DNA of 64,000 nt, taken from positions 3,552,001 to 3,616,000 of the forward strand of contig OY762492.1 in assembly GCA_963665845.2 (NCBI GenBank), written 5' to 3'. The position numbers and the translations under genes were made by a program. Below, piece after piece: positions 48,705 to 58,649 of the stretch (position 1 is its first letter; each line of letters opens with the position of its first letter). The notes under the pieces are model-generated. The model saw nothing but the letters and a program-made list of their open reading frames with translations, had not been told where the DNA came from and did not search any database. The stretch is from Candidatus Poribacteria bacterium (GTDB lineage Bacteria; Poribacteria; WGA-4E; GCA-2687025).

Positions 48705-48980
48705 ATGGCTAAATACAGGCGCGCGGCAGCGGAAGCCGCGATCGACATCATCGCCTGCGGCGGAACATTACAGGAAGCGGCGGACGCGCTGGATGTAACG
48801 GTAGGGACGCTCTTCAGATGGGCAAAACGCGGCAAGGCGCCAGACGCGCCAAAACATCTACAGAGCTTCGCGGAGCTGTTTGACGAAGCGCGCGCTCTCA
48901 AGAAAGGCAAATCAAAATCGACAGCGCCGAAACCGCCCCCGTCAGACCCGGCGGAGGAACTGAACGGCAACGGCGAATAG
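48705..48980 (+). CDS. Small helix-turn-helix protein
   Basis: TLQEAADALDVTVGTLFRWAKRG; AAGGA RBS; 25 nt upstream of the large R-M gene. Confidence 0.65.
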   Translation: MAKYRRAAAEAAIDIIACGGTLQEAADALDVTVGTLFRWAKRGKAPDAPKHLQSFAELFDEARALKKGKSKSTAPKPPPSDPAEELNGNGE

Positions 48981-49005
48981 GCGCAAGGCTACGGAGAAAT
49001 CACGC

Positions 49006-52000
49006 ATGCAGACCCCCAACGGCAGCGATCAAGCCGTCCAAGCGGCTCTCGATAAACTGAATGAGAAGAGCTCTCAACAAACGGACGGCAAGTGGCTGGA
49101 AGAAATCGCCGTAAAAGCAGGACCGCATATCCGAGACTGGGACGTTTCGGAATGCTACTACTGGGGAGATTGGCCGGATCGAGAAAAACATTTTCCCGGC
49201 GTCAAACAGGTAGACATCGGCATTGACGTCGTCGCGGTAAGCGGCAGCGGCGAGCATATCGCCATCCAATGCAAGGCGCGCCAATTGGACGAACAAGGCG
49301 CCGGCGCTTCCGTATCAAAAGACGAAATGGCGAAGTTTATCAGCGCGTCGGCGCATTCGTTTTGGGCGGAGCGGTGGCTCGTCACAAACGGCAGCGTCCC
49401 GCAAAGCCCGCAGCTCAAATCCCTCCTGAACATGCAAGAGAAGCGCACCACATGGATCAACATCGCTTACGATCTGCAGCTCCAGCAGAGACCGGCAGAC
49501 GAGGACGCATGCCCCCATTGCGAACCGAACCCTGACGGCGAATTCCGCCAACAGACCAAAAACTGCATGCAGCGGGAAGCGGTCGAAAACAGCGTCCGCA
49601 TTCTAAAAGAGCATGAGCAGTCCAACAGCGGCGGACTGCCGATTGGTCAAGCGCGCGGCAGGATCATCCTCCCATGCGGAACCGGCAAAACGCGCATCTC
49701 TCTGCGCATCGTAGAGCAGCTGGCGGCGCAGGGCGAACTGGCGGTCATCCTTTGCCCCTCCATCGCTCTCGTCGCGCAGATACGGCGCGAATACCTGCAG
49801 CATGCGAACCTCCCAATGAGAGCGTTGGCGGTATGTTCCGATCAAACGGCGGGATACGATCCGAAAAAAGAGGACAGCGTCATCGCAAACGAAGACCCGA
49901 CCATCGACCGAAGCAACGTCAGCGCCTCCGAAGTGAAAGGGAAAGTGACGACGAAGCCGATGGAGATCGCCGAATGGATAACGGCGTCCGACAGCGAAAA
50001 CGCCGTCAACGTCATCTTCGGAACCTACCAGAGCGGACATCGCATCGCCGAGGCGCTGCGCCAAACCGAAACGAAAGCGGCGGTTCTCATCGCGGACGAA
50101 GCGCATCGAACCGCCGGACTAAAACGCAAACGCAGCAAGAGCAAGACCGCGTCCGAAGCGGAAAAGCGGATGCGCGACTTCACCCTGTGCCATGACAACG
50201 ACGCATTCCCGGCGACATACCGCGTCTATCAAACGGCGACGCCGCGCGTCTACAACACCAGCAAAGGCGCCGACCGAAACGCCGACTATATCGTCCGCTC
50301 CATGGACGACGAACGGGTGTTCGGGGTGGAACTGTACCGCAAAAGCTATGTCGAGGCGGTCAAAAACGAATGGCTGTCCGACTACCGAATCATCGCGCTG
50401 GCGATCAACGACCCGGACGCTTACGAAGAAGCGAACACTCTGGCAAAAAACACGAAAAGCAAAGGACGGCGCAAACTCAGCTCGGCAGACTACATGCGCG
50501 GACTCGCCTTCGCCCTGGCGATGGGCGGCGCCGCCCAAGCCGCAGGCGACGACGGCATCAAAATCGAATCATGCATCGCGTTCATGAACACGGTCGACAA
50601 ATCAAAAAACATGGCGCAAGACCTGCAAAGCAAAGCGGTCAAGCAATGGGTTCAAAAATGGCTCCATGAAAACAGCGCCAACGGAAAACGGGTCTCCGAC
50701 TACCGACTCGAACACCTGGACGCCACCAGCAACGTCACCGAACGAGACCACGCCAAATTCAAACTGGCGACCGCAAGCGAAGAGAAACCGCATGGGATCG
50801 TCAATGTCGGCATCTTCGGCGAAGGAACCGACTCCCCCTCCCTGAACGCCGTAGCGTTCCTAGAGCCGCGCAAAAGCCCCATCGATGTGATTCAAGCCGT
50901 CGGGCGCGCCATGCGAACGGCGCCCGGCAAACAGTTCGGCTACATCGTCTGCCCCGTCGTCATACCGCCCAACGCCGATCCTGAACAGTGGCTCAGCGCC
51001 AGCAATATGACGGAGGGATGGCAGGAGCTGGGGCAGATACTGCTCGCGCTGCGGGCGCATGACCAGCGCATCGAAGAAAAGCTGGCGGACCTGATGCTTC
51101 TATACATACCGCCGGCGCCAGAGGTTCAGCGCACATTGGTCGCCATCGCCATGCCTGAAAGCAAGCGCATTCAGTACCGAATACATGAAGGTAAACCGGG
51201 AGAAGCGGAGCAGGCGGTCAAGCGAGTCCTGGACGGAAAAAGCGCCATGTCGGACGAGTTCAGCCGCATTGAAAAGGAGTCTTCGAAGGAGCCTTCTGAC
51301 GCGATCGGGAGCGTCAAAGAGGAGCCGCAGCAGGAGCGGAAACCTGTTGAGCTGACCGCCATTATCGCCGGCAAGACGAACAGCGGCGGCGCGCCCGAAA
51401 TGCGGCTCGCCTCCATTCAAAGAGACAAGCCGAAATCGGACGGAACGCCAGGGAAAGTCAATATCGAGAAGTCGAAGACAAAAGCGAAAAACATGATCAA
51501 CAAAAGCGAAGGCGTCCGTACCCAGGCGCGCAAACCGAATCCGAAGCCCGCGAAACGGCGAACGAAAGAAGAGATCGCCGAAGACTCCGCCCAGCGGCTG
51601 CTGGAGCTCAGCGGCATGGGCGAATACGGCAGAGCCATCTGTATGAACCTGCTGACGAAATCGGGACTCAGAAGAAACCGCATCGAGAGAGACCTGAACA
51701 TCTTGGAAAAAAGCGTCAGCGAAGCGGCGTTCGAACTCCAAAGCGACGGACTGAACGAAATACTGGACAAGCATTTCGGCTTGGACAGATTGAAAAAGAC
51801 GCCCGGCAAAAAAGCGGCGGACGGCTGCACCATAACCTCCCTGCTCATGATGAACGCCGCCATGCTCCATCAGCGCATCAGCAACGGCGGATGGCTCTCC
51901 CAAATCAGCCCGTTGAGCGAGGTCAAACACGACACAAGGGTCGTCCAAAGAATATGCCGAGAATGGGAACGCATCATGCGCCATGACTTCCGACCCGTCC

Positions 52001-54027
52001 TGGAACCGGCGCTGGAAACGATCTACGCCATCGAAGAAACCGGCAAAACGGCAGGGCTGGAACGCGCCCTCCGACACCTCGCCGCCGAAGCGGAGCGCAT
52101 CGCCGAAACCTACGCCGACATGGGAGCCGACCATGCAGGTCCCCTCTTCAACCGCGTCATGGGCAACCAGACCAGCGACGGCGCCTTCTTCACGCGGCCG
52201 GCGGCGGCATCCATCGCCGCCCGACTCACCCTGGACGCATGCGGAGACGCGGACTGGACAGACGCAAACGTGTGGAGAGAACACAAAACGGTCGACCTGG
52301 CATGCGGAAGCGGAACGCTCCTGACCGCCATGCTGACCGACATGAAACGGCGCGCCCAAGAGCAAGGCGCCAGAGAAGCGCTGATCGCCAACCTGCAAAA
52401 AATAGCGGTCGAGGAAACGATCAAGGGGCTGGACATCAACCCCGTATCGCTGCAACTGGCGGCGGCGCAGCTCACCGCGGGGAACCAGAACATACGATAC
52501 CGACAGATGGGGCTGCATCAGATGCCCTACGGACCGCAAGACGAAAACAGCGAACGGGTGTCGGCGGGGACGCTGGAATTGCTGTCGCAGAAGGCGATCC
52601 TGCCGCGCCAAGGAGAGCTGGACATACCGGACGAGCTGATCGAGTCGCAAACGGTGTGGGATCAGCATGAGGACGCCGAGCTGGAAGACGCCGTGGACGC
52701 CGCGAAAAACTGCCGCATCGTCATCATGAATCCGCCGTTCACGAACCGAGCGAATATGGGGCAAAAGTTTCCGAAGGAGACTCAACAGAAACTGCGCGCG
52801 CAAACTGACCGGCTGGAGAAAAAACTGATATTCAACGATTCTGAAATGGAACGTTTTGTCGATAAGAATTCCATCGCCCCTCTGTTCGTCGCTTTGGCAG
52901 ATTGCTGCTTGAATTCGGACGCGGCTGTGTTGTCCATGATACATCCGACAATAGCCTTGACGAATCCGTCGGGATTGAATGAACGACTGATTCTTGCTCA
53001 ACGCTACCATATTCACACCGTGGTTACCTGCCATCAGCCGGGACAGGTGAACATGAGTCAGAATACTGGAATCAATGAGAGCATCATCATCGCAACGCGG
53101 CATGAAGGTGCCGCCCCTTCTACAAGGTTCATCAATCTAGACAGAATGCCGCTTCAAGAAAGCGATGTAGACGATCTGCATCGCTGTCTGCTTGAATGCA
53201 AGGAAGGCGAAATCGGCAACGGATGGGGCGCGGCGTCCTACTGGAATGCAGACCGCATAAAAGCGGGCGACTGGACGCCTGCGATATGGAGGTCGCCTGA
53301 ATTGGCGGAGGCGGCTCATACATTCGCCAATCTTACTGGCATGGAAACGATCGAAAGCACACCCGGCCTATCGCCTGTGGAGACAGGCCGGGTGTTGCGC
53401 GGATCTTTCGAGAGCGCAATGCCCGACGAAGATGGCAGTTTTCTGATACTGAAATCGAAAAGCGCCGACGCTCAAACGCGGATTCAAAGTCAGCCTGACG
53501 AGCATTATATTTCGAAGAAACGCAGCGCCGCCGACACTAAAAAATTGTTGAATAAAGCGGGACATCTACTGATGACTGCAGGTCAAAATACATCAACTGG
53601 CCGTCTCACAGCGATCGCAAATGACAAGAGTTACGTGGGCAACGGCTGGATGCCGGTAACAGGATTGTCGGCGAAAGAAGCGAAAGCGCTAGCCGTGTTC
53701 ATTAACTCAACGCCAGGTCGACTGCAGCTGATGCGTAACCCTGGTCGTCTGCTGATATTTCCTACCTACAGCGTCGCGGAAGCCGGTAAGATCCGCATCC
53801 CCGACATCCAAGACGCGCGCGTCTGCGGCGTCTTAGCGGACTGCTGGGAAGCGACGCAAGCGATGGAGGTTCCTCAGTTCCGCGACGGTGAATGCGATGT
53901 TCGCGTTTTATGGGATGAGGCGGTCGCTTCGGCTCTGGGCTGGGATGCCGCCGAGTTGTCCCGCCTCCGCCGCCTTCTTCACAAGGAGCCGCATGTCCGC
54001 GGCCTCGGCTATAACCAATACGCCTGA
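49006..54027 (+). CDS. Type ISP-like restriction-modification enzyme (Mrr-type nuclease + SF2 helicase + N6-adenine MTase + putative TRD)
   Basis: DIGIDVVA..IAIQCK; PCGTGKT, DEAH, TATP, QAVGRAMR; GAFFTRP, DLACGSG, MNPPF. Confidence 0.9.
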   Translation: MQTPNGSDQAVQAALDKLNEKSSQQTDGKWLEEIAVKAGPHIRDWDVSECYYWGDWPDREKHFPGVKQVDIGIDVVAVSGSGEHIAIQCKARQLDEQGAGASVSKDEMAKFISASAHSFWAERWLVTNGSVPQSPQLKSLLNMQEKRTTWINIAYDLQLQQRPADEDACPHCEPNPDGEFRQQTKNCMQREAVENSVRILKEHEQSNSGGLPIGQARGRIILPCGTGKTRISLRIVEQLAAQGELAVILCPSIALVAQIRREYLQHANLPMRALAVCSDQTAGYDPKKEDSVIANEDPTIDRSNVSASEVKGKVTTKPMEIAEWITASDSENAVNVIFGTYQSGHRIAEALRQTETKAAVLIADEAHRTAGLKRKRSKSKTASEAEKRMRDFTLCHDNDAFPATYRVYQTATPRVYNTSKGADRNADYIVRSMDDERVFGVELYRKSYVEAVKNEWLSDYRIIALAINDPDAYEEANTLAKNTKSKGRRKLSSADYMRGLAFALAMGGAAQAAGDDGIKIESCIAFMNTVDKSKNMAQDLQSKAVKQWVQKWLHENSANGKRVSDYRLEHLDATSNVTERDHAKFKLATASEEKPHGIVNVGIFGEGTDSPSLNAVAFLEPRKSPIDVIQAVGRAMRTAPGKQFGYIVCPVVIPPNADPEQWLSASNMTEGWQELGQILLALRAHDQRIEEKLADLMLLYIPPAPEVQRTLVAIAMPESKRIQYRIHEGKPGEAEQAVKRVLDGKSAMSDEFSRIEKESSKEPSDAIGSVKEEPQQERKPVELTAIIAGKTNSGGAPEMRLASIQRDKPKSDGTPGKVNIEKSKTKAKNMINKSEGVRTQARKPNPKPAKRRTKEEIAEDSAQRLLELSGMGEYGRAICMNLLTKSGLRRNRIERDLNILEKSVSEAAFELQSDGLNEILDKHFGLDRLKKTPGKKAADGCTITSLLMMNAAMLHQRISNGGWLSQISPLSEVKHDTRVVQRICREWERIMRHDFRPVLEPALETIYAIEETGKTAGLERALRHLAAEAERIAETYADMGADHAGPLFNRVMGNQTSDGAFFTRPAAASIAARLTLDACGDADWTDANVWREHKTVDLACGSGTLLTAMLTDMKRRAQEQGAREALIANLQKIAVEETIKGLDINPVSLQLAAAQLTAGNQNIRYRQMGLHQMPYGPQDENSERVSAGTLELLSQKAILPRQGELDIPDELIESQTVWDQHEDAELEDAVDAAKNCRIVIMNPPFTNRANMGQKFPKETQQKLRAQTDRLEKKLIFNDSEMERFVDKNSIAPLFVALADCCLNSDAAVLSMIHPTIALTNPSGLNERLILAQRYHIHTVVTCHQPGQVNMSQNTGINESIIIATRHEGAAPSTRFINLDRMPLQESDVDDLHRCLLECKEGEIGNGWGAASYWNADRIKAGDWTPAIWRSPELAEAAHTFANLTGMETIESTPGLSPVETGRVLRGSFESAMPDEDGSFLILKSKSADAQTRIQSQPDEHYISKKRSAADTKKLLNKAGHLLMTAGQNTSTGRLTAIANDKSYVGNGWMPVTGLSAKEAKALAVFINSTPGRLQLMRNPGRLLIFPTYSVAEAGKIRIPDIQDARVCGVLADCWEATQAMEVPQFRDGECDVRVLWDEAVASALGWDAAELSRLRRLLHKEPHVRGLGYNQYA

Positions 54028-54037
54028 ATGACTCCCT

Positions 54038-54885
54038 CCCCACAGGGGGGTTTTCAGGACTCCCCCCTTGAAAAGGGGGGCTGGGGAGGTTTTCCGCGTC
54101 CGGCCCCGGCTACGTCATTCCCGCGCCCCCTCCTCGTCATTCCCGCGTAAGCGGGAATCTTAGGCGCCGCAAGGCGCCGTCCGCGTCCGGCCCCGGTACG
54201 TCATTCCCGCGTAAGCGGGAATCCAGAGTCATGCCCGACCCCGCCCGCGTCCGGCAATCACCGCCATCCCGCCCGCCGTTGTCTGAACTAGGATTGCCAA
54301 GATTGAAAAGATTGCCAAGAAATTCCCGAAATCGCTATCTTGGCAATCTTAATAATCCTTCCATCCTAGTTCAAAACCCTGACGCCGCGCGCCGCGCTGT
54401 CATGCGCGCGTCCGGCAATCACCGCCATCCCGCCCGCCGTCATTCCCGCGCCCCCAATGCGTCATTCCCGCGTAAGCGGGAATCCAGAGTCATGCCCGAC
54501 CCCGCCCGCGTCCGTCCGCCTCCTCCTCTGTCTGAACTAGGATTGCCAAGATTGAAAAGATTGCCAAGAAATTCCCGAAATCGCTGTCTTGGCAATCTTA
54601 ATAATCCTTCCATCCTAGTTCAAAACCCTGACGCCGCGCGCCGCGCTGTCATGCGCGCGTCCGGCAATCACCGCCATCCTACCCGCCGTCATTCCCGCGC
54701 CCCCAATGCGTCATTCCCGCGTAAGCGGGAATCCAGAGTATGCGCCGCCCCCGCCCGCGTCCGGACGCCATGCCTGCATCCCCAGCCCGTCATTCCCGCG
54801 TAAGCGGGAATCCAGAGGCATGCCCGACCCCGCCCGCGTCCGTCCGGACGCCATGCCCGCGCCCCCTACCAGTCGTCATTCCCGA
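54038..54885. repeat. Large composite repeat cluster including a ~250-260-bp direct duplication
   Basis: Blocks starting near 54200 and 54461 each hold an ATTCCCGCGTAAGCGGGAAT palindrome and a GAACTAGGAT..ATCCTAGTTC hairpin; more palindromes near 54710 and 54789. Confidence 0.9.
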
Positions 54886-55930
54886 CAGAATAAACCTCGT
54901 CAAGAAAAAACGCGGGATAAAAAAGCGGCTTCTTGCCCTCGTTTAACGCCTTCACCGCCTGCTCTTTACTGCTGCAGTTTTCAACGGTAAACGGCAAAAC
55001 CTGCTTATTTTCACTACCCTCCCATGGTGAATAGTGGGATAGATTGCCATAATTATAGTAGTCAGATGCGGTGTCGTCCATGTTGTAGCTGTAATTTTTC
55101 ACGAAAAAATACTCTTCAACGCCTTGTACATACCTGCTACGGAAAGACGCATTCGCCTTGCGTTTCGGCTCATGCGCTATCAATATGCAATTTCCTTGCT
55201 CATCAGCGTATTTTTCTGTGGAATCATCTCCTTTAACTATATCGATGATGGAATCTGTGTGTAGGCTTGAAGCGTCTATCGATCCCGACATAGAAGGCGC
55301 CCACCTCTTAACGGAATAATTGTACATGCGATTGAATACGTCAAAGATGGTCTTGAAATCATAGCAGCATCGGTGTATTATATTATGCTGATAGCTATAT
55401 CGCTGCGTGTATGTTTTAATATCATCCAAACGTGATAAAAACCATTCAAACGTATTGGGGAAATATATTAGCTCCCGTTCCTGCACATTTACAGGGTCTT
55501 TACGCATCATTGCAAAACGTAAGAATTCCTGTTCCTGCACATATACTGCTACTGCTGGGTCTTTATATTCTATTTTAAGTCTTAGTTTCACCAATTCGCC
55601 AGCATAGAGCTTGGACAAGTCCCTGCGACTTGTTTCTAGTAGTTTAGCATAAATGTCATATAATTTATGACCGCCTGTTATTTTTGTGGTGTCTATAAAC
55701 TCTAACCCCTTTAGGATTTGTTCGAATGCATTATGCACATCAAAGATTATGCATGCGTCGTCAATGCGTCCATGAGTTAAAGTTAACCCTTGAACTATCG
55801 GTTCGGATTTGATCTTAAAGAGTATTTTCATATTGTTAGCAAACCCCGTTTCAGCTTTATTGTTGAAGCTGAGTGCCATGTCGTGCAACTTCACAGGATC
55901 GCATGTTTTCACAGGTTTTATCGGCGCCAT
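54866..55930 (-). CDS. AT-rich orphan protein, probably horizontally acquired
   Basis: 354-aa ORF in a visibly AT-rich block; no family recognised; possible IDIV..HEPK nuclease-like motif. Confidence 0.65.
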   Translation of the reverse strand: MAPIKPVKTCDPVKLHDMALSFNNKAETGFANNMKILFKIKSEPIVQGLTLTHGRIDDACIIFDVHNAFEQILKGLEFIDTTKITGGHKLYDIYAKLLETSRRDLSKLYAGELVKLRLKIEYKDPAVAVYVQEQEFLRFAMMRKDPVNVQERELIYFPNTFEWFLSRLDDIKTYTQRYSYQHNIIHRCCYDFKTIFDVFNRMYNYSVKRWAPSMSGSIDASSLHTDSIIDIVKGDDSTEKYADEQGNCILIAHEPKRKANASFRSRYVQGVEEYFFVKNYSYNMDDTASDYYNYGNLSHYSPWEGSENKQVLPFTVENCSSKEQAVKALNEGKKPLFYPAFFLDEVYSVGNDDW

Positions 55931-56158
55931 ATCGTAGCCCTTTCAGGGTGAGCGGTCAATGCGCTGGCGACAAGCTTGCCCTGCCACCATGTCGTTAATG
56001 AGTATACGCTGTTCGGCGCGAAAAGGTTACCGCTTTTTTCAACGGCGACGGGCGCAGCAATTTCCCTGTCGCGCCCGCCGCTTGACAAACCCCTCCATCG
56101 TGTATCATCCTTTAACAGCCCATCATAAGGGCGTCGTCGGCATCGATTGGAGCAAAGC

Positions 56159-56656
56159 ATGGTTAAACGAATCGAACTTGAACGCGATCGGTTTTTAGCG
56201 CATCTAACATCGAAGAGTCTTGCTGCGGGCGGCGAATCGGTTGAATGCTGCCTTAAAGCGGTTGAGGTCAATCCTGAAAACGAAGGCGCGCATTATCGCT
56301 TAGCCGTTGCGTATGCGCGAGCCGGCGACCTTGAAGCCGCCCTGGAAAGCAGCGCTCAAGCGATCCGAATCCAGCCCGACTTCGCTGAAGCATATCTTCT
56401 GCGCGGGCTTGTGTATGAGCAGAAAGGCGAGCTGGAGCTTGCCCATGAGGACATCGCTACTGCTGTCCTCCTGAAGCCTGAACTTTACGATGAGCGGTTT
56501 GAACCGATCATGGAAAGCATCCGCGAAGAGGAAGCGGAGTGGGACGAACTCACCAGCCGGCCGGAAGCGAAGGCGCTGTTTGAGAAATGGGAAGCGGAAG
56601 CGATGGAGGAGTATCGAGCGGGGAAAACGAAGCCTTTGGATCCTGAGGATCTATGA
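56159..56656 (+). CDS. TPR-repeat protein with C-terminal acidic antitoxin-like domain
   Basis: TPRs (KAVEVNPENEGAHYRLAVAY; QAIRIQPDFAEAYLLRGLVY); tail EEEAEWDE..EAMEEYRAGKT; ATGA overlap with the toxin gene. Confidence 0.75.
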   Translation: MVKRIELERDRFLAHLTSKSLAAGGESVECCLKAVEVNPENEGAHYRLAVAYARAGDLEAALESSAQAIRIQPDFAEAYLLRGLVYEQKGELELAHEDIATAVLLKPELYDERFEPIMESIREEEAEWDELTSRPEAKALFEKWEAEAMEEYRAGKTKPLDPEDL

Positions 56657-56925
56657 TGCGCTCGCGCATATGTTCTCGGTTTCGAAAGCAATTCAGGCGT
56701 CTTCCAAAGGAAGTCCGGCAACGGGCAAGGGAGGCATACCGACTATTTAAAACGAGCGAACGCTACCGCAACTTACGATTTAAAAAATTACAGGGTAGCA
56801 GCCGCAAATATTCGGTTCGTTTTTATAAAAAATACCGCGCTCTCGCCAGAAAAACGGATGAGGGCGACCTCGTATGGTATTCGATTGGATCGCATGCGAC
56901 ATACGACAAGGATATAAAAAGATAA
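56653..56925 (+). CDS. ParE/RelE-superfamily toxin
   Basis: 90 aa, very basic; FRKQFRRLPKEV, LRFKKL, YSVR...YRALA, WYSIGSHATYD. Confidence 0.85.
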   Translation: MMRSRICSRFRKQFRRLPKEVRQRAREAYRLFKTSERYRNLRFKKLQGSSRKYSVRFYKKYRALARKTDEGDLVWYSIGSHATYDKDIKR

Positions 56926-57021
56926 AAAGCTGTAGCGCCGCATGGTTTCCGCGCATCGAAAGTAGGCGATTGCGAGCGGGATCGTGTAGACTATGAGCGT
57001 CGGCAGCGATGGGAGGCGGAC

Positions 57022-57567
57022 ATGAGCGAACGAAGCGGAACGGAACGAAAACAGCATCGAGACCCTTGGAACGAACTGCGCGCCGCTCTCATCCAGGCGC
57101 AGGCGCAGCTGGCGCAGTTGGACGTTGAGCCTGAGCGGCGGGAGAACTGGACGCCTCTTCTCGATGGCGCATTGGAGGCGGTCAACAGGTTCAAGGCGCG
57201 TCAAAAAGAGATACCCGGTCTCCGCCGCGCCGCGGAGCGTCTGGCGGTGGAGGAATGCCGCGATGTCCGGACAGCTCTTGGATACGCGCTGAACGAGGCG
57301 CTGGAGCGTTTAGGCGATCTGGCAGTATTTCGGCGCGACATGCGCCGTCATGCCCTTTCGATAGAGGCGTCGGGCGAAGAAAAAAGCGGCTTTGCGGCGG
57401 CGCTGCTCTGTGTCAGTCGGTCGCTGGAGGCGTTGAAGATTGAGGCGATCAACGATGTTCTTCTGAAAATTCGGGCGGAGAATTCGATCCATGCCCTCCG
57501 CTATCTGCAGACTCGTATCAAAACCGGCGGGCGGACTTTCACTCGGGATGAAATGAATGAGCGTTGA
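57022..57567 (+). CDS. Putative long VapB-type antitoxin, copy 1
   Basis: 181 aa, helical; C-terminal GGRTFTRDEMNER resembles PIN-associated antitoxin tails; overlaps the PIN start by 11 nt. Confidence 0.7.
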   Translation: MSERSGTERKQHRDPWNELRAALIQAQAQLAQLDVEPERRENWTPLLDGALEAVNRFKARQKEIPGLRRAAERLAVEECRDVRTALGYALNEALERLGDLAVFRRDMRRHALSIEASGEEKSGFAAALLCVSRSLEALKIEAINDVLLKIRAENSIHALRYLQTRIKTGGRTFTRDEMNER

Positions 57568-58020
57568 GTATTTTTTGGATACGAATGTAATCATATACGT
57601 GTACGATGAGAAAGAAAATCAAAACAAAAGACAAAAGCGGAGGAATTAGTTATAACCGCGCTCACGCATCAGACGGGATGCGTCAGCTATCAGGTTGTGT
57701 TGGAGACGCTGCATGTCATGAAAACGAAACTAGGAACCGACGATAGGGATGCGAAGACCGCGCTGATTGAGGTTTTGATTCCGCTATGGAGAATCAACCC
57801 TGTCATGCAAAACCAGCAAACCGAACAGGTATTCATGGATTCGCAAATTTATGTGCGCGCTCTGGATATTTTCACCAGTCATGGCGTCCGTAACTACTAC
57901 GACTGCGTCGTCGCCGTAAACGCCATGGACGCCGGATGCGCGACGCTTTATACGGAAGACCGCCACCTGCTGCGCGTCCAGCGGATCGAAGATATGGACA
58001 TCGTCAACCCGTTCACCTAA
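57557..58020 (+). pseudogene. PIN-domain (VapC-like) toxin copy 1, -1 frameshift in the A-rich tract at about 57610-57637
   Basis: MSVEYFLDTNVIIYVYD stops at 57649; the -1 frame continues AEELV..SYQVVLE..YYDCVV..GCATLYTED..NPF. Confidence 0.8.
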
Positions 58021-58103
58021 AATAGGGGCTGAACTCAAAACAGGGAGCGGCGCAACTTGACAGCGCGTCATAAGGGCGTTGTCGGCAGCGATGGGAGGCG
58101 GAC

Positions 58104-58649
58104 ATGACCGAACGAAGCGGAACGGAACGAAAACAGCATCGAGACCCTTGGAACGAGCTGCGCGCCGCTCTCATCCAGGCGCAGGCGCAGCTGGCGCAAT
58201 TGGACGCGGCGCCTGAGCGTCGGGAGAACTGGACGCCTCTTCTCGATGGCGCGTTGGAGGCGGTCGACAGGTTCAAGGCGCGTCAAAAAGAGATACCCGG
58301 TCTCCGCCGCGCCGCGGAGCGTCTGGCGGTGGAGGAATGCCGCGACGCTCGGATGGCGTTCGGACGCGCCCTGAGAGAGTCGCTGGATCAATTGAGAACC
58401 CTGACCAAATTTAGAGGCGAAATGCGCCGTCACGCGCTCGCTTTAGAATCGTCGGGCGGAGAAAAAAACGGCTTTGCGGCGGCGCTGCTCCGAGTCAGTC
58501 GGTCGCTGGAAGCGGCGCCGATGGAAGACGCCGACAAGGCTCTTAATAAACTTCTGGGGGAGAATTCTGTCCAAATCGCCCGCTATCTGGGGACCCGAAT
58601 CAAAACGGGCGGACGTACCTTCACACGGGATGAAATGAATGAGCGTTGA
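58104..58649 (+). CDS. Putative long VapB-type antitoxin, copy 2
   Basis: Paralog of 57022..57567. Confidence 0.7.
   Translation: MTERSGTERKQHRDPWNELRAALIQAQAQLAQLDAAPERRENWTPLLDGALEAVDRFKARQKEIPGLRRAAERLAVEECRDARMAFGRALRESLDQLRTLTKFRGEMRRHALALESSGGEKNGFAAALLRVSRSLEAAPMEDADKALNKLLGENSVQIARYLGTRIKTGGRTFTRDEMNER

Noticed and set aside
51100-53103. 667-aa minus-strand ORF
   Set aside because: Antisense to the Type ISP-like gene, no motifs; typical high-GC shadow ORF
54231-54990. ORFs of 190, 94 and 68 aa inside the repeat cluster (also 2564..2826 and 11032..11688)
   Set aside because: Translations of palindromic repeats (RHSRVSGN, SFPRKRES, VIPA); no evidence of coding function
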